From an uncultured virus (IMG/VR IMGVR_UViG_3300026095_000001) (lineage: Duplodnaviria; Heunggongvirae; Uroviricota; Caudoviricetes; Crassvirales): a stretch of DNA of 64,000 bases. Both the position numbers and the translations under genes were made by a program. Under the pieces are notes generated by a model that saw only the letters and a list, made by a program, of their open reading frames with translations, had not been told where the DNA came from and made no database searches. The DNA lies in IMG/VR virus record IMGVR_UViG_3300026095_000001, one strand, 5' to 3'. Of this stretch, positions 54,192 to 64,000 are shown one piece after another (the stretch's first letter is position 1; every line of letters begins with the position of its first letter).

Positions 54192-56129
54192 ATGCCACTC
54201 AACGCACAAGAATTTGTTTTACCGGGTTTTGGGGGCGGTGATCCGTCAGCTGGGCTCACGGCGCTCTCCAATAAGCTTTGGATGCGGGGCATGCAAAGCG
54301 AGCGGCTGGCGCTTGCCAAAGAAGCGAAGCGAGAGCAGGCTGGTAGTTTCTTAAGGCAATACCTGGAGCCAAAGGACTATCTGTCCGGTAGCGCCTATGA
54401 TCCTGTCATCAACAGCAAGCTACAAAATGCGATGCGGCAAGGCGCCTCCCTCGCGGCGCAAGGAGCCGACATACCACAATTGCTGATGGCGCTGGGACCG
54501 CAGATGCAGGAGATAACAGATTATTCGACGAAGGCGAAGGCGGTTAACAAACAGGCGGATGACGCCATCAAGACGATGAAAGAAAGCGGCCTCGTAGGCT
54601 ATGACTACGGGCGGCTGAAAGAAGAGGCGCTGAAGATGGCCTTTCATAAGAAAGACCCGAAGACGGGGCAGGATATTGGGTTGGCAGATATTAAAGATGT
54701 CGATCCATCGCAAAATTACCTATTCAAGGTATTGCAAGAGCGACCCGATTTGGTGACGACAGAGGAGGGATTGGATGCGTTCGTTAAAAATTTTCCGCAG
54801 GTAAAAAATTCTACCGACGCGACTACATATACCCCCACCGGCACAAAGACCCGCAACAAGGTCCGCATGGTGGGCCAGGGTTACTTGGTTCCCGAAACAG
54901 ATGATAAGGGGGTATTGACGGGCATGGTACCAGCTTACGAGCATGCAACCGAAGGGGGCGCACCGTTGATTCATAAATTCACCAACGACGAAGGGCAGAC
55001 CGTAGAGGCACCTGTACGTCTTTTGGAGCAGGGGTTGTTCGATCAGGCTGTATCTCATAAAGGAGTAGGTGATTGGTTGCGGGGCCAAGTAATGCGACAC
55101 ATGCAGGAGTACCAGGATCGAACCGGCAAACCCGTAGACATGAACAGCGTACAGGCGCACCAAGTTGCAAGGGCTATCATGTATGACGAACTGAAACGCC
55201 GCTCGCCCGGCAGCATAGAATACCAGGAAGAGCTAAATAAACCATCCGCAGCGGCCGTAAACCTGCATTTGTATGGCGACAAATACCAACAAGCGTACGA
55301 TACGCGGTCCGGCACCATCGATGCCAATATTGCCAATGGATTGCCCGCTTCGGGTAAGGCACCGGACCCAAACAAGCCGCTCAACGCCGTAGATACGATA
55401 CACCAATTTTTTTTAAACAACCCCCATTATTTGACAGGAGAGGTCACCAACATCAAAGGACATGATGTGATAGACGTGTCGGGTAATTTTAAAGGAGGAC
55501 TGTTGCGTTACGCCAAAGGACAAGCTGGAGCATTTCAACACATTTACTTTGATCCCCAGCGGAGAGTGCTCATGACGCAAGAGACGTCTGGCGATACGAA
55601 GGAGTACAAAGAAAATGAATTACAACCCTTCTTGGAGCGCATTGCACAAGCCAATGGCGTAAATGCCGATGCCGTTGAGGGTACCTTCAAGCGAGCTGGC
55701 TACGACTTCAAGAAGGGTACGTACAAAAATGCTGGTTTGCCAGACGATATTAATCAGCGAATGTCTGATTTCCGGACGCAACGTACGGGCGCTATCAAGA
55801 AGGGGATCGATGATCTCGCCACTAATGGAAAGACAACTACGCTGAAAGGAGTGCGTACCGCCGATGGAGAGGTCTCCCATGCAGGCGAGATGCCCTGGTA
55901 TAAATCAGGTAAATACTACCTGGACATTAAAGGGGATGATGGAGCCGTCCATAAGAAGATATTTGGTTCCAAGAAGGAACTAGAGGACTATTTGCACCCA
56001 AGCGCCACGCCCGCCGGTTCGTCGTCTGCTTCAAGCAAACCCGCATCTCCAGCAGCTACGCCTGCGAAAGATGAAAAGAAAAAAGAGGAATCCGACGAGG
56101 ACCTGCTTAACAAATACAAGCCAAAATAA
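54192..56129 (+). CDS. Putative ejection/cargo protein
   Basis: 645-aa helical protein in podovirus core-protein position. Confidence 0.65.
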   Translation: MPLNAQEFVLPGFGGGDPSAGLTALSNKLWMRGMQSERLALAKEAKREQAGSFLRQYLEPKDYLSGSAYDPVINSKLQNAMRQGASLAAQGADIPQLLMALGPQMQEITDYSTKAKAVNKQADDAIKTMKESGLVGYDYGRLKEEALKMAFHKKDPKTGQDIGLADIKDVDPSQNYLFKVLQERPDLVTTEEGLDAFVKNFPQVKNSTDATTYTPTGTKTRNKVRMVGQGYLVPETDDKGVLTGMVPAYEHATEGGAPLIHKFTNDEGQTVEAPVRLLEQGLFDQAVSHKGVGDWLRGQVMRHMQEYQDRTGKPVDMNSVQAHQVARAIMYDELKRRSPGSIEYQEELNKPSAAAVNLHLYGDKYQQAYDTRSGTIDANIANGLPASGKAPDPNKPLNAVDTIHQFFLNNPHYLTGEVTNIKGHDVIDVSGNFKGGLLRYAKGQAGAFQHIYFDPQRRVLMTQETSGDTKEYKENELQPFLERIAQANGVNADAVEGTFKRAGYDFKKGTYKNAGLPDDINQRMSDFRTQRTGAIKKGIDDLATNGKTTTLKGVRTADGEVSHAGEMPWYKSGKYYLDIKGDDGAVHKKIFGSKKELEDYLHPSATPAGSSSASSKPASPAATPAKDEKKKEESDEDLLNKYKPK

Positions 56130-59100
56130 ATGGCAGAAGAACAAGACATAGCACCCCCATTAGAGGAGGAGGCGCCCCCGCAGGAACAAGAGGGCGAAGG
56201 AGCTGGGCCAGGGCCGGAACCTGTATTGTCCGACGAAAAGAAGAAAGAGCTGGCGGGCTTGATCCGGAACATGCAGGCAGATAAAGTACCAGAGGAAAGG
56301 ATTCGATCGGTGGTCGGATTGTACTATAAGAAGTACGCCGTCACCATGCCAACGCAGCCTAATTACCGAACGCCAGCGTCCGCGCAACCCGTGAGCGATA
56401 AGCCCTCCACTCAACAGCAAACTGCTGATAAATATGATATCAGCCAAGACCCCAATAGTGTTGCGCGGAGGCAGCACTACGCGACCTTTCGCGATCAAGC
56501 TATTAAAGACGTGGAGAGTGATGCGTGGCGTGATAAGGTTTTTAAAGGCAAAATCCCGGCGTTAACAGAGGCACCCAATATGCCGATTGAAGCCTTCCAG
56601 GATGTAGATCGCGAACAGCTAGAGAATTACTTGAGTAGTAAGAACCTGGACAACGGTGAACGCTATTGGCTACGGAATCAGCTGCTGAACTACGGAAAGG
56701 CTCGGCAAATGCGCTATTACGTACAGCAGCGGGCACAAAAGAAAATCGATGCGCTGCCAGAAGACGAGAAGAATAATGAGTTAAGTATTCAGAAAGCATA
56801 TCAAGCGGCGGATGTTGAATACCAAAAGCACCGGGAGCAGGCCATTGCCAATCGCCTTAACAACATAGGCCTTGACAATAAGCCACTACGGGGGAACATA
56901 CCTTTCCATGACCAGATTACGGGAGCTAATAAGACGTTGATGGGGGCCATCAATTTTGCAGGCGATCTCGGATCACAAGTTAGCTCTATTCTGGAATTGG
57001 GGAATGTCCCTGGTTTAAGCACGCTGGGCTACCATATGAAGACAACGGCGGATAATCTGAAAGCTAGGAATGAAATTCCGCAGACGGGGGAACTGGGGAA
57101 TAAGCTGGCGGGTGAAATCGTGCCCTTGGCGCTGGATATGGTTGCCCTGCGCAATCTTTCCGGTGGGGGTACAGGCCTGTATCAGGGACTGCGTGGTGCG
57201 CAAGCGACCTCAGCCCTGGGACAATTTGGAGAAGGCGTTGTCGGGGGATTGGTGGTGAGTCCCGCCAATAGCTACATCATGGGTCACCAGTATTATAATC
57301 AACTGGTGCAGCAGGGGGTTCTTCCCGGCGATGCCGCGCACAAGGCCGACCAACTGATCACAAAGAATCTTCTTACTGATATGGTCATGACGCCGTTGCA
57401 GATGGGGCTATTGAAAATGCCAATGGGGAACGCAGCAGCAAAAATCCTTGGATATGGCGCGGAGGGGTTGACATCCGGCGTGCATTTCACCATTCAAGAT
57501 TTCAACCAAAAGAACACCGATAATCCCGCGATGCACATCATTGATTATTTGCAAAGCGGCGATTGGAAGGAACCGATGTTAACGGGGGCTGTGCTTGGCA
57601 CTATGCAAAAGGCGGCGGTCGATGGGCTACACAATTGGTCCGTGAATTCCGAGACAAAAAACATGTTCAGCTATGGGCGAAAATACGGCACGGATGTGCG
57701 GAATAGTTTGCCCAGCAATGAGACGATTGCCAACAATGTATTGTCGGCCATTGAAATGAGAGATACCCCTGGAAGGCCACAGGAGCTAAAGGACTTAGTC
57801 GATGCCATGCAAGAAACCGGCGTATACCGGGAGCATGAGGCAAAGCGCGTCAAAGACATTATTGATGATGTCGTAGCGGCAAAAGCAATGACGCCGAAGT
57901 TCGGGAACCCACTCCAGCGAATGGCAGTTTTCAATGAATTGTTGAACATTCGAAGTGCCAATGAATTCAAAGAAAATGCAGGCGGAGAAGCGGGCGAAAA
58001 ATATATCAATCAGCTGAATAAAGTTAGTGAAGCCAGGATACAGCGGATCATGGCAGATGAAGAACCGTTGTATTTTATCAACGGCAACGAAACGAATAAG
58101 ATACAACTTATGCGCGCGCTGGAGGAGAATCCTGAGTTGCTTTCCAGTAAAGCGGTGCGGATCGATGTTCGCAATGATCCTACTACGCAAAAACAAATAG
58201 CCGATTTAAAAACAAAGCAAGATGCCATTCAAAAGCAAAGCACAGCAAAGGCTGATGTTCGCCCTGCATCCAGCGATAGCGAAGCGGTGGGCGGACGAAA
58301 TGAAGGCCAAAGGGCAATCGATAAAAAAGCTTCCGGAGAAGAAGCCAACGCCGACCAGAGGGTAGAAGAAAGTCGACACAGCCTCACCCCACATGATGAG
58401 CAGGGGATTGTTTCCGGACAAAACCAGCTCGGTCTATCAGATGAGGGCGTAGTAAAAGCCCATGAACTAAAAGATGAAGTGCGAGCTAATAAAAACGTTA
58501 CGAAGGTCATCTCCAGCGATTTAGCCAGGGCGAAAGAAACGGCGGACATTGTTGGCGGAGACGACATCCCCGTCGAAACACGACCCGAATTGCGCTCATG
58601 GGACCTCAAAGATTTCAGCGGGATGAAAGACAAAGATTTCAAGGAAGTCTTAAAATGGTTCGGCGATCACCCAAATGAAGTAAAATACCAGGGGGATATC
58701 GAAAGCGCGAAAGGGAAAGAGCTGGGGGAAAGCTTGAATGATTATGCCAACAGAGCCATTAAAGCCCGTCAGGATGTGGAAGATAATGATCCCGGTTCAT
58801 TCCTTATCAGCCACTCCAACAACATGAATGTATGGGAAGCGTATAAGGCTAATGGGCGGGTATGGGATGAGCATGCTATTAAAGATTATATCTCTCGACC
58901 CTCTCCGGAGCCAGCAACGATTCAACCAACGGAAGCAGAAAATGCCACGGGTCACCAAGTTGTAAATGATATCGAGAGCGGCAAGATATCGGATGAACAA
59001 TTAAAGGACACCGCTCGTCTATTCATAGAAGATGAAGCATACCAACCAGAGCCCGCTGATGCGATTTATGCACCTGATGCAGCAAAAGCCGGAAATAATG

Positions 59101-61682
59101 AACCTGATGAAGCATCTCGACAGTACTCAAAAAGAAAAGGTCCTGAAAAATATGTTCCGCCATCTGGCGAAGGGGGCGAGCCTCCAAACCAAGATTCAGG
59201 CGCCGAACCCCTTCCCGAAAGTGGAGGCACCCCCGACGCGTCTAGGTTGACACGTAACGCTAAGCAGCTTCTAATAGCCGGTCGTACAGACGATCAGATT
59301 GTTACCTATCTCAAACGCAAAGGGCTGGGCGAAGAGGAGGCATTGGCAGCATTAGGTGCGGCAAAGGCAAATCCAATTGATGAGCAACAAAAAGCAAAGT
59401 CGATCCAGGAAGTAATGGATAAATACTTCGGCAAAGAGGATGACTGGCTAGGTAATAAAGAGCTGGCGAAGGTTAATTCGCAACAAACCACCAGAGAATA
59501 CCATGAGGCTTTAAAAGAGTCCGTTAAGCAGGACAATACGCAGAAAGGTACATCCTGGAAGGATGTAGACAAGGCCATACAGATTTATCTGGATAGTAAG
59601 CGAAATCCGGAACATATCAAGATGTACTATGATAAGCTCACACCTGATCAAAAAAAGATTGTTGATCTATCACAGCATTTAAATGAACGTCAAAAAGAAA
59701 TTGCGGATGCCATTCGGGAGGAGTATGATGCGATTGGGCAACAGGCAAAAGACGCGTCTTTAATTAAAGACGTTATCGATAACTATGTAGCCAGGGCCTG
59801 GGAGCTTAGGAATGGTAAACCAGCCACACAAGAGAACTTCAAATTCAATACGTCTAGTAAGCACCAATTACAAAGAACACTAGAAACCATTTTGCAGGGT
59901 TACGCGGAAGGGATGAAGTTGAAAATTGAGGGGGCCACCAATAACCTTCACGTCTTAAAACAAGAAATCAACAACGTCATAGAGAATCGTAGGTTGTTGG
60001 AGCAGGGACTTTCGCTGAAATACGCCTCTGGAGAAAAATATCCCAGCGGTGGCCGCATAAAGAAAACATTGTTTTCTACAACGGCAGAACCAGGATATAA
60101 AAAAATAGAATCCGGCGCTTTTAAAAAGTGGGAATATGCTGGCAAATTAAAAGATTACCCTGAACAGGAAGCGGTCGCGCTAGGTCGGCGAAAGGATATT
60201 CTCGTTACAGAGGATGGAGTTGTAATGAAGAAAGCAGATGTTTATGCGCCCGAAGAGGTTGCAAAGTCGTTGAACAATATCCTCGCTAGTCGCAGGTCAT
60301 CCAGCGGGTTCGTGAATGGGATTGCGGCTTTTAACAGCGCAGTGAAACAATCCATCTTATCGTATTCTGGATTTCACTTTATTGCCTTTACGCGGGCGCA
60401 TGTCCTTAGTACCAAATTCAGCAAGCCTGCCGACGTCTCGCCGATCACGGCATATAAGGCGGGGCTGCAAATGTTGGCAGAACAGCATCCCATTGGTCAG
60501 AAGCTGATCCAGAAGGGGATGACACTTAACCGTCAACCGGATTGGGTTGAAGGAGTTGAGGCGCACAATACATGGCTAGGAAAGCAAATGGATAGGCTCT
60601 CCTTTACGAAGGCAGCGAAAGATAAGTTAATTGATCTCAATACGCAGTTTCATCACTATCTGTTTAATACCTACGGAGCCGGTCTGAAAATGTTTGACGG
60701 CGTAAACATGGTAAAGCAGGAGCTGGCAAAGAATCCAAATGCCAATCCGGATGAAGTATATGCCCGCGTGGCAAAACTAATGAATGATACGTACGGCGGT
60801 ATCAACTGGGATCGGATGAGAGGGACCCACATGCAAAACCCGACCAACCGCCGAGTGGCCAGTATGTTGCTCCTGGCCCCCGATTGGACCGCGAGCAATT
60901 TACGAATGGCGCGAAAATTTTTTGCGCGGGGGGATGAAGGGGGATTGTACCGCAGAGCATGGGGGCGAGTCCTGCTACGGGGGGCTATGCTGACGACAGC
61001 AGCCAATGCAATTATGGCAGTTTGGGATGACAAAGATGATAACGGAAACGACCTCACCTGGACAGAAGCCATGCAGCGAAGGTATTCCAAATCGTGGGAG
61101 TTGGGTAAGCTGCGCTCTACTATGATTGATATTACCCCTCTCTACCGTGCCATCGGTGGCGACTCACAGAAACGTGCATACTTCAGCATTTTCGGAGCAT
61201 ACACCGATCCCATTAAGATGCTGACAAATCCAACTGATTTTTTGGAAAGCAAGGGATCATTTGTATCAAAGGTCGGCCTAGAAGCGCTCACTGGTCAGAA
61301 TTGGCAACATCGAGAGTTTACTACACTCGATGAACTATTAGGCATGGATGATAAGGGAACTTTTACCAAAGCCATGCGAGAGCACAAGAAAGGAGAAATT
61401 AGCCCTACGACGGGAAAGCCCTATGTAAAGGATCAAGCAGGGCACGCAGCTGGCGAGGAAAAAGGCGGCAAATTAACTGGGGAATTAACAAAGTGGCCGC
61501 AAGGCGGCGCCCATCCAGTCACCTGGATGCAGGCGCCCGCATTCATCCTGAATGAAGTCCGAGGGATGATGCCTACGGCTGTTCAAAGCATGTGGCAAAT
61601 CGCAGACGGGGAGAATGATATGGCCACGGGAATTTTGAATGCAGCCGGTTCAGGTGTGCTAACCAATAAAGAAAAGAAATGA
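56130..61682 (+). CDS. Large ejection/polyvalent virion protein with internal histidine-phosphatase domain
   Basis: 1850 aa; RHSLT...SG...GLSDEG...SSDLARAKETA...LRSWD...GES...ISH. Confidence 0.75.
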   Translation: MAEEQDIAPPLEEEAPPQEQEGEGAGPGPEPVLSDEKKKELAGLIRNMQADKVPEERIRSVVGLYYKKYAVTMPTQPNYRTPASAQPVSDKPSTQQQTADKYDISQDPNSVARRQHYATFRDQAIKDVESDAWRDKVFKGKIPALTEAPNMPIEAFQDVDREQLENYLSSKNLDNGERYWLRNQLLNYGKARQMRYYVQQRAQKKIDALPEDEKNNELSIQKAYQAADVEYQKHREQAIANRLNNIGLDNKPLRGNIPFHDQITGANKTLMGAINFAGDLGSQVSSILELGNVPGLSTLGYHMKTTADNLKARNEIPQTGELGNKLAGEIVPLALDMVALRNLSGGGTGLYQGLRGAQATSALGQFGEGVVGGLVVSPANSYIMGHQYYNQLVQQGVLPGDAAHKADQLITKNLLTDMVMTPLQMGLLKMPMGNAAAKILGYGAEGLTSGVHFTIQDFNQKNTDNPAMHIIDYLQSGDWKEPMLTGAVLGTMQKAAVDGLHNWSVNSETKNMFSYGRKYGTDVRNSLPSNETIANNVLSAIEMRDTPGRPQELKDLVDAMQETGVYREHEAKRVKDIIDDVVAAKAMTPKFGNPLQRMAVFNELLNIRSANEFKENAGGEAGEKYINQLNKVSEARIQRIMADEEPLYFINGNETNKIQLMRALEENPELLSSKAVRIDVRNDPTTQKQIADLKTKQDAIQKQSTAKADVRPASSDSEAVGGRNEGQRAIDKKASGEEANADQRVEESRHSLTPHDEQGIVSGQNQLGLSDEGVVKAHELKDEVRANKNVTKVISSDLARAKETADIVGGDDIPVETRPELRSWDLKDFSGMKDKDFKEVLKWFGDHPNEVKYQGDIESAKGKELGESLNDYANRAIKARQDVEDNDPGSFLISHSNNMNVWEAYKANGRVWDEHAIKDYISRPSPEPATIQPTEAENATGHQVVNDIESGKISDEQLKDTARLFIEDEAYQPEPADAIYAPDAAKAGNNEPDEASRQYSKRKGPEKYVPPSGEGGEPPNQDSGAEPLPESGGTPDASRLTRNAKQLLIAGRTDDQIVTYLKRKGLGEEEALAALGAAKANPIDEQQKAKSIQEVMDKYFGKEDDWLGNKELAKVNSQQTTREYHEALKESVKQDNTQKGTSWKDVDKAIQIYLDSKRNPEHIKMYYDKLTPDQKKIVDLSQHLNERQKEIADAIREEYDAIGQQAKDASLIKDVIDNYVARAWELRNGKPATQENFKFNTSSKHQLQRTLETILQGYAEGMKLKIEGATNNLHVLKQEINNVIENRRLLEQGLSLKYASGEKYPSGGRIKKTLFSTTAEPGYKKIESGAFKKWEYAGKLKDYPEQEAVALGRRKDILVTEDGVVMKKADVYAPEEVAKSLNNILASRRSSSGFVNGIAAFNSAVKQSILSYSGFHFIAFTRAHVLSTKFSKPADVSPITAYKAGLQMLAEQHPIGQKLIQKGMTLNRQPDWVEGVEAHNTWLGKQMDRLSFTKAAKDKLIDLNTQFHHYLFNTYGAGLKMFDGVNMVKQELAKNPNANPDEVYARVAKLMNDTYGGINWDRMRGTHMQNPTNRRVASMLLLAPDWTASNLRMARKFFARGDEGGLYRRAWGRVLLRGAMLTTAANAIMAVWDDKDDNGNDLTWTEAMQRRYSKSWELGKLRSTMIDITPLYRAIGGDSQKRAYFSIFGAYTDPIKMLTNPTDFLESKGSFVSKVGLEALTGQNWQHREFTTLDELLGMDDKGTFTKAMREHKKGEISPTTGKPYVKDQAGHAAGEEKGGKLTGELTKWPQGGAHPVTWMQAPAFILNEVRGMMPTAVQSMWQIADGENDMATGILNAAGSGVLTNKEKK
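58222..58365 (+). CDS. Overprinted small basic protein (MPFKSKAQ type), +1 frame
   Basis: MPFKSKAQQRLMFALHPAIAKRWADEMKAKGQSIKKLPEKKPTPTRG; A-rich start context. Confidence 0.6.
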   Translation: MPFKSKAQQRLMFALHPAIAKRWADEMKAKGQSIKKLPEKKPTPTRG

Positions 61683-62269
61683 CCTATACCAAAAAAGCAT
61701 TTGAACAATGCCAATTCAATCCGTTCCAAGGGGGCAAGCTTATATCGGCGTATCCGGTTTTGGCAGAAATCGTTGCGCCGGAATGGGCGAATGATGCGCA
61801 CATCGATCTGCTGTTGCGCTATACCATTATGGTGTATGATCCGAAGAGCCCGATAGCCATTGCGGAACGGGACCTCAACTACCGCAAAGGCATCGCCATG
61901 GAACTGCTGGTAGTCGAAGATGAGGGGCTGAAAGACGCGCTCTTCACCTGTACGTATCCCATCCTGGTAGACCTGACCGTGAAGTATTTAGTCCGGTTCG
62001 TTCGAAGTAAAGAGTGGGCAGCGATCTGTGCCATCGAATTCAAGTTTTGGGAAGCCATCCGTCTGATCATGCAGCCCATCAGTAACGAGAAAGAGGATAA
62101 GGCGCAGCTCGATGCGGCGAATAAAAAGGAGGTCCTATCTGCCTCCATTGACGAAGGGCTCAACAAGATCGACCAGTATTATCGTCGATTCTTTGGCGAA
62201 GATGAAGAATTGTTGAACAAGGCTAAGAAGCGGTTGACGCCCGAGTTGATGGCCGGTAAAATTACGTAG
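61679..62269 (+). CDS. Hypothetical protein upstream of terminase (possible small subunit)
   Basis: YT.MVYDPKSP; directly precedes TerL. Confidence 0.6.
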   Translation: MTYTKKAFEQCQFNPFQGGKLISAYPVLAEIVAPEWANDAHIDLLLRYTIMVYDPKSPIAIAERDLNYRKGIAMELLVVEDEGLKDALFTCTYPILVDLTVKYLVRFVRSKEWAAICAIEFKFWEAIRLIMQPISNEKEDKAQLDAANKKEVLSASIDEGLNKIDQYYRRFFGEDEELLNKAKKRLTPELMAGKIT

Positions 62270-62270
62270 G

Positions 62271-64000
62271 ATGTATTATCCCATAGAAGGGGGCAGCGTC
62301 GAATTGATCCAGGACTACCCTTGTCAGCTACCGCCTGTAGGCTATGGTAAGAACCGGCTAACGGGAGAGCTGGAATACATTGGGGTCATTAAGACCGATC
62401 CGAAGAAGGAAAAGCAGAAATGGCGCCGCTTCGAACTGCCGAAAGACTATGCGAAAAAAAAGAAAGTAGAGGAAGCTCGACAAAAGGAGGACCCGGATCA
62501 TTTTAACCCGGACCTGGAGAAGCTGCGGTCGCAACATTGGAAGTATCGCCTATGCGGCTTGTGGATATATATTAACGGCACTCCGACTTATATCCCATGG
62601 TCCTACTACATGTACCTCCAATGGTGTCCGTTGGATGTGGGTTATCCAGCGTACCGGGATACAGATCGACGATTCTATTACGTGTGGGAATATTGTGTAG
62701 AGGACCCGCGTTGTGCTGGGCTGGTAGACATCGAGCGGCGGCGCATGGGAAAAACCTATAAGAGTGGTTCCATCTTGTTAGATCGGACTTCTATTGCTGC
62801 TCACCATCATGGTGGCATACAAAGCAAAACAGGTATGGATGCCAAGGCGGTGTTTTTAAAGACGGTCGTGCCCTTCTTTAAAAAGTATCCGGATTTCTTT
62901 CGTCCGATTTACGATCAATCGAAAGGGCTGTCTCCGTCTACGGAATTGCGCTTCTTTCAGACCACTATTCGCGGAAAGCGGTCCGATATGTTGATTGATC
63001 AGCCCGAACTGGAAAGCTGGATTGATTGGGGCAGTGCGGAGCCGTTCCATTATGATGGCTCCAAGCTGAACACCTATATCATGGATGAGTACGGTAAGAC
63101 GCAGGAGGTATCCGTATGTGACCGATGGGACGTGGTGCGCTTCTGTTTGGATCAGGATGGTGAATGGTGTGGCAAGGCGCTACTGACGTCGACGATCGAG
63201 GAAATGGAGAACGGGGGTACGGAAGCCAAGCAGATTTGGGAGCAAAGCGATCCAAAACAGCGCGATGCGAACGGGAGAACGAAGACAGGATTGTACCGCT
63301 TCTTTTTACCGGCCTTTGAAACCACCTATTTTGATGAATTTGGCATGCCCGAAACGGAACGCGCCAAGACCTATTATCTGAATCAACGCGCCGGATTAGC
63401 GAACGAACCCCGGCAGCTGTCGTCCATGATCCGAAAGAACCCTTTTACCATTGAGGAGGCCTTTCGGATAGACGGCGACCGGTGTTTGTACGATTCCCAG
63501 AAGCTCAATGAACAACTCGATTGGCTGTCCTGGAGAGAGAACTTAGTGGAACGGGGGAATTTCGAATGGGAGAACGGCGCGCGGTTTACGAAAGTGATCT
63601 GGAAGAAAATGGTGAACGGGCGCTTTCAAATGCCGACGTCCTTCCAGTTTGAAAATCCCAACGCTGTCATTCAGACAGCCGCCGGATACGCGCCGAACAA
63701 TACCGTACGGTTTGCTATGGGATGTGACCCGTTTAAGTACGATAAAGTGAAGGATCAGCGCAGATCGAAATGCGCCGCCTATGCCTTTCAAAAGTTCAAC
63801 CCGAATGATGAATTTTTCTCAGATGCTTTTGTCTGCCGATATACCTACCGCGCATCGACGACCGGGATGCAATACGAGGATGTGCTAAAAATGGCGTGGT
63901 ATTTCGGCTGTCAAATCCTTTTTGAAAGCAACGTGGATAATTGGAAAGAATATTTCCGTAATCCAGCATTCAGCAAAGTGAATTGCTCCGCCTTCTTAAT
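62271..64000 (+). CDS. terL: Terminase large subunit, partial
   Basis: Manual translation: NGTPTYI...YMYLQW...ERRRMGKT (Walker A), IMDEYGK (Walker B), GRTKTGLY, GCDPF (nuclease); open to the window end. Confidence 0.9.
   Translation, partial: MYYPIEGGSVELIQDYPCQLPPVGYGKNRLTGELEYIGVIKTDPKKEKQKWRRFELPKDYAKKKKVEEARQKEDPDHFNPDLEKLRSQHWKYRLCGLWIYINGTPTYIPWSYYMYLQWCPLDVGYPAYRDTDRRFYYVWEYCVEDPRCAGLVDIERRRMGKTYKSGSILLDRTSIAAHHHGGIQSKTGMDAKAVFLKTVVPFFKKYPDFFRPIYDQSKGLSPSTELRFFQTTIRGKRSDMLIDQPELESWIDWGSAEPFHYDGSKLNTYIMDEYGKTQEVSVCDRWDVVRFCLDQDGEWCGKALLTSTIEEMENGGTEAKQIWEQSDPKQRDANGRTKTGLYRFFLPAFETTYFDEFGMPETERAKTYYLNQRAGLANEPRQLSSMIRKNPFTIEEAFRIDGDRCLYDSQKLNEQLDWLSWRENLVERGNFEWENGARFTKVIWKKMVNGRFQMPTSFQFENPNAVIQTAAGYAPNNTVRFAMGCDPFKYDKVKDQRRSKCAAYAFQKFNPNDEFFSDAFVCRYTYRASTTGMQYEDVLKMAWYFGCQILFESNVDNWKEYFRNPAFSKVNCSAFL

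Noticed and set aside
50010..61682. Diversity-generating retroelement, intron or intein
   Set aside because: I noticed no reverse-transcriptase motif, template/variable repeat pair or splicing signatures. A self-alignment would be needed to exclude a repeat pair fully.
1..64000. Genome-wide stop-codon reassignment (TAG or TGA), as in some crAss-like phages
   Set aside because: Long genes are intact in code 11; TGA forms many ATGA overlaps, TAG ends genes (e.g. 47072, 62269), and no suppressor tRNA was found. Only isolated in-frame stops occur.

Overview
The whole window reads as part of one large temperate podovirus-like phage or prophage of a Bacteroidota host. The host inference rests on TAnnTTTG-type promoters, A-rich start contexts without Shine-Dalgarno motifs, and a Bacteroidota-type integrase. 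Modules from left to right: (1) a partial tyrosine integrase with a candidate att site; (2) a leftward accessory block with HTH proteins, five tRNA genes, two phosphatases and a DGQHR/ParB-like protein; (3) a divergent repressor/Cro-like switch; (4) recombination and replication genes (SSAP-like, VRR-NUC, primase-helicase, SSB) and an iteron-rich putative origin; (5) about 45 small rightward early genes; (6) a glycosyltransferase/methyltransferase cluster; (7) GroES-like genes, tail ring, muzzle and ejection-type genes, and a partial terminase. The most striking unannotated signals are in the RNA. First, a circularly permuted tRNA-like RNA with AGC-N3 hexamer repeats lies directly downstream of a DUF7873-like gene. 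Second, a ~90-nt structured RNA carries a loop antisense to a 13-mer found just upstream of the start codon of 8-9 early genes. Third, about 11 mini-tRNA-like elements punctuate the early operon. There is also a 47-aa gene overprinted in the +1 frame of the 1850-aa virion protein. All family assignments come from motif recognition by eye; no searches or folding programs were run.
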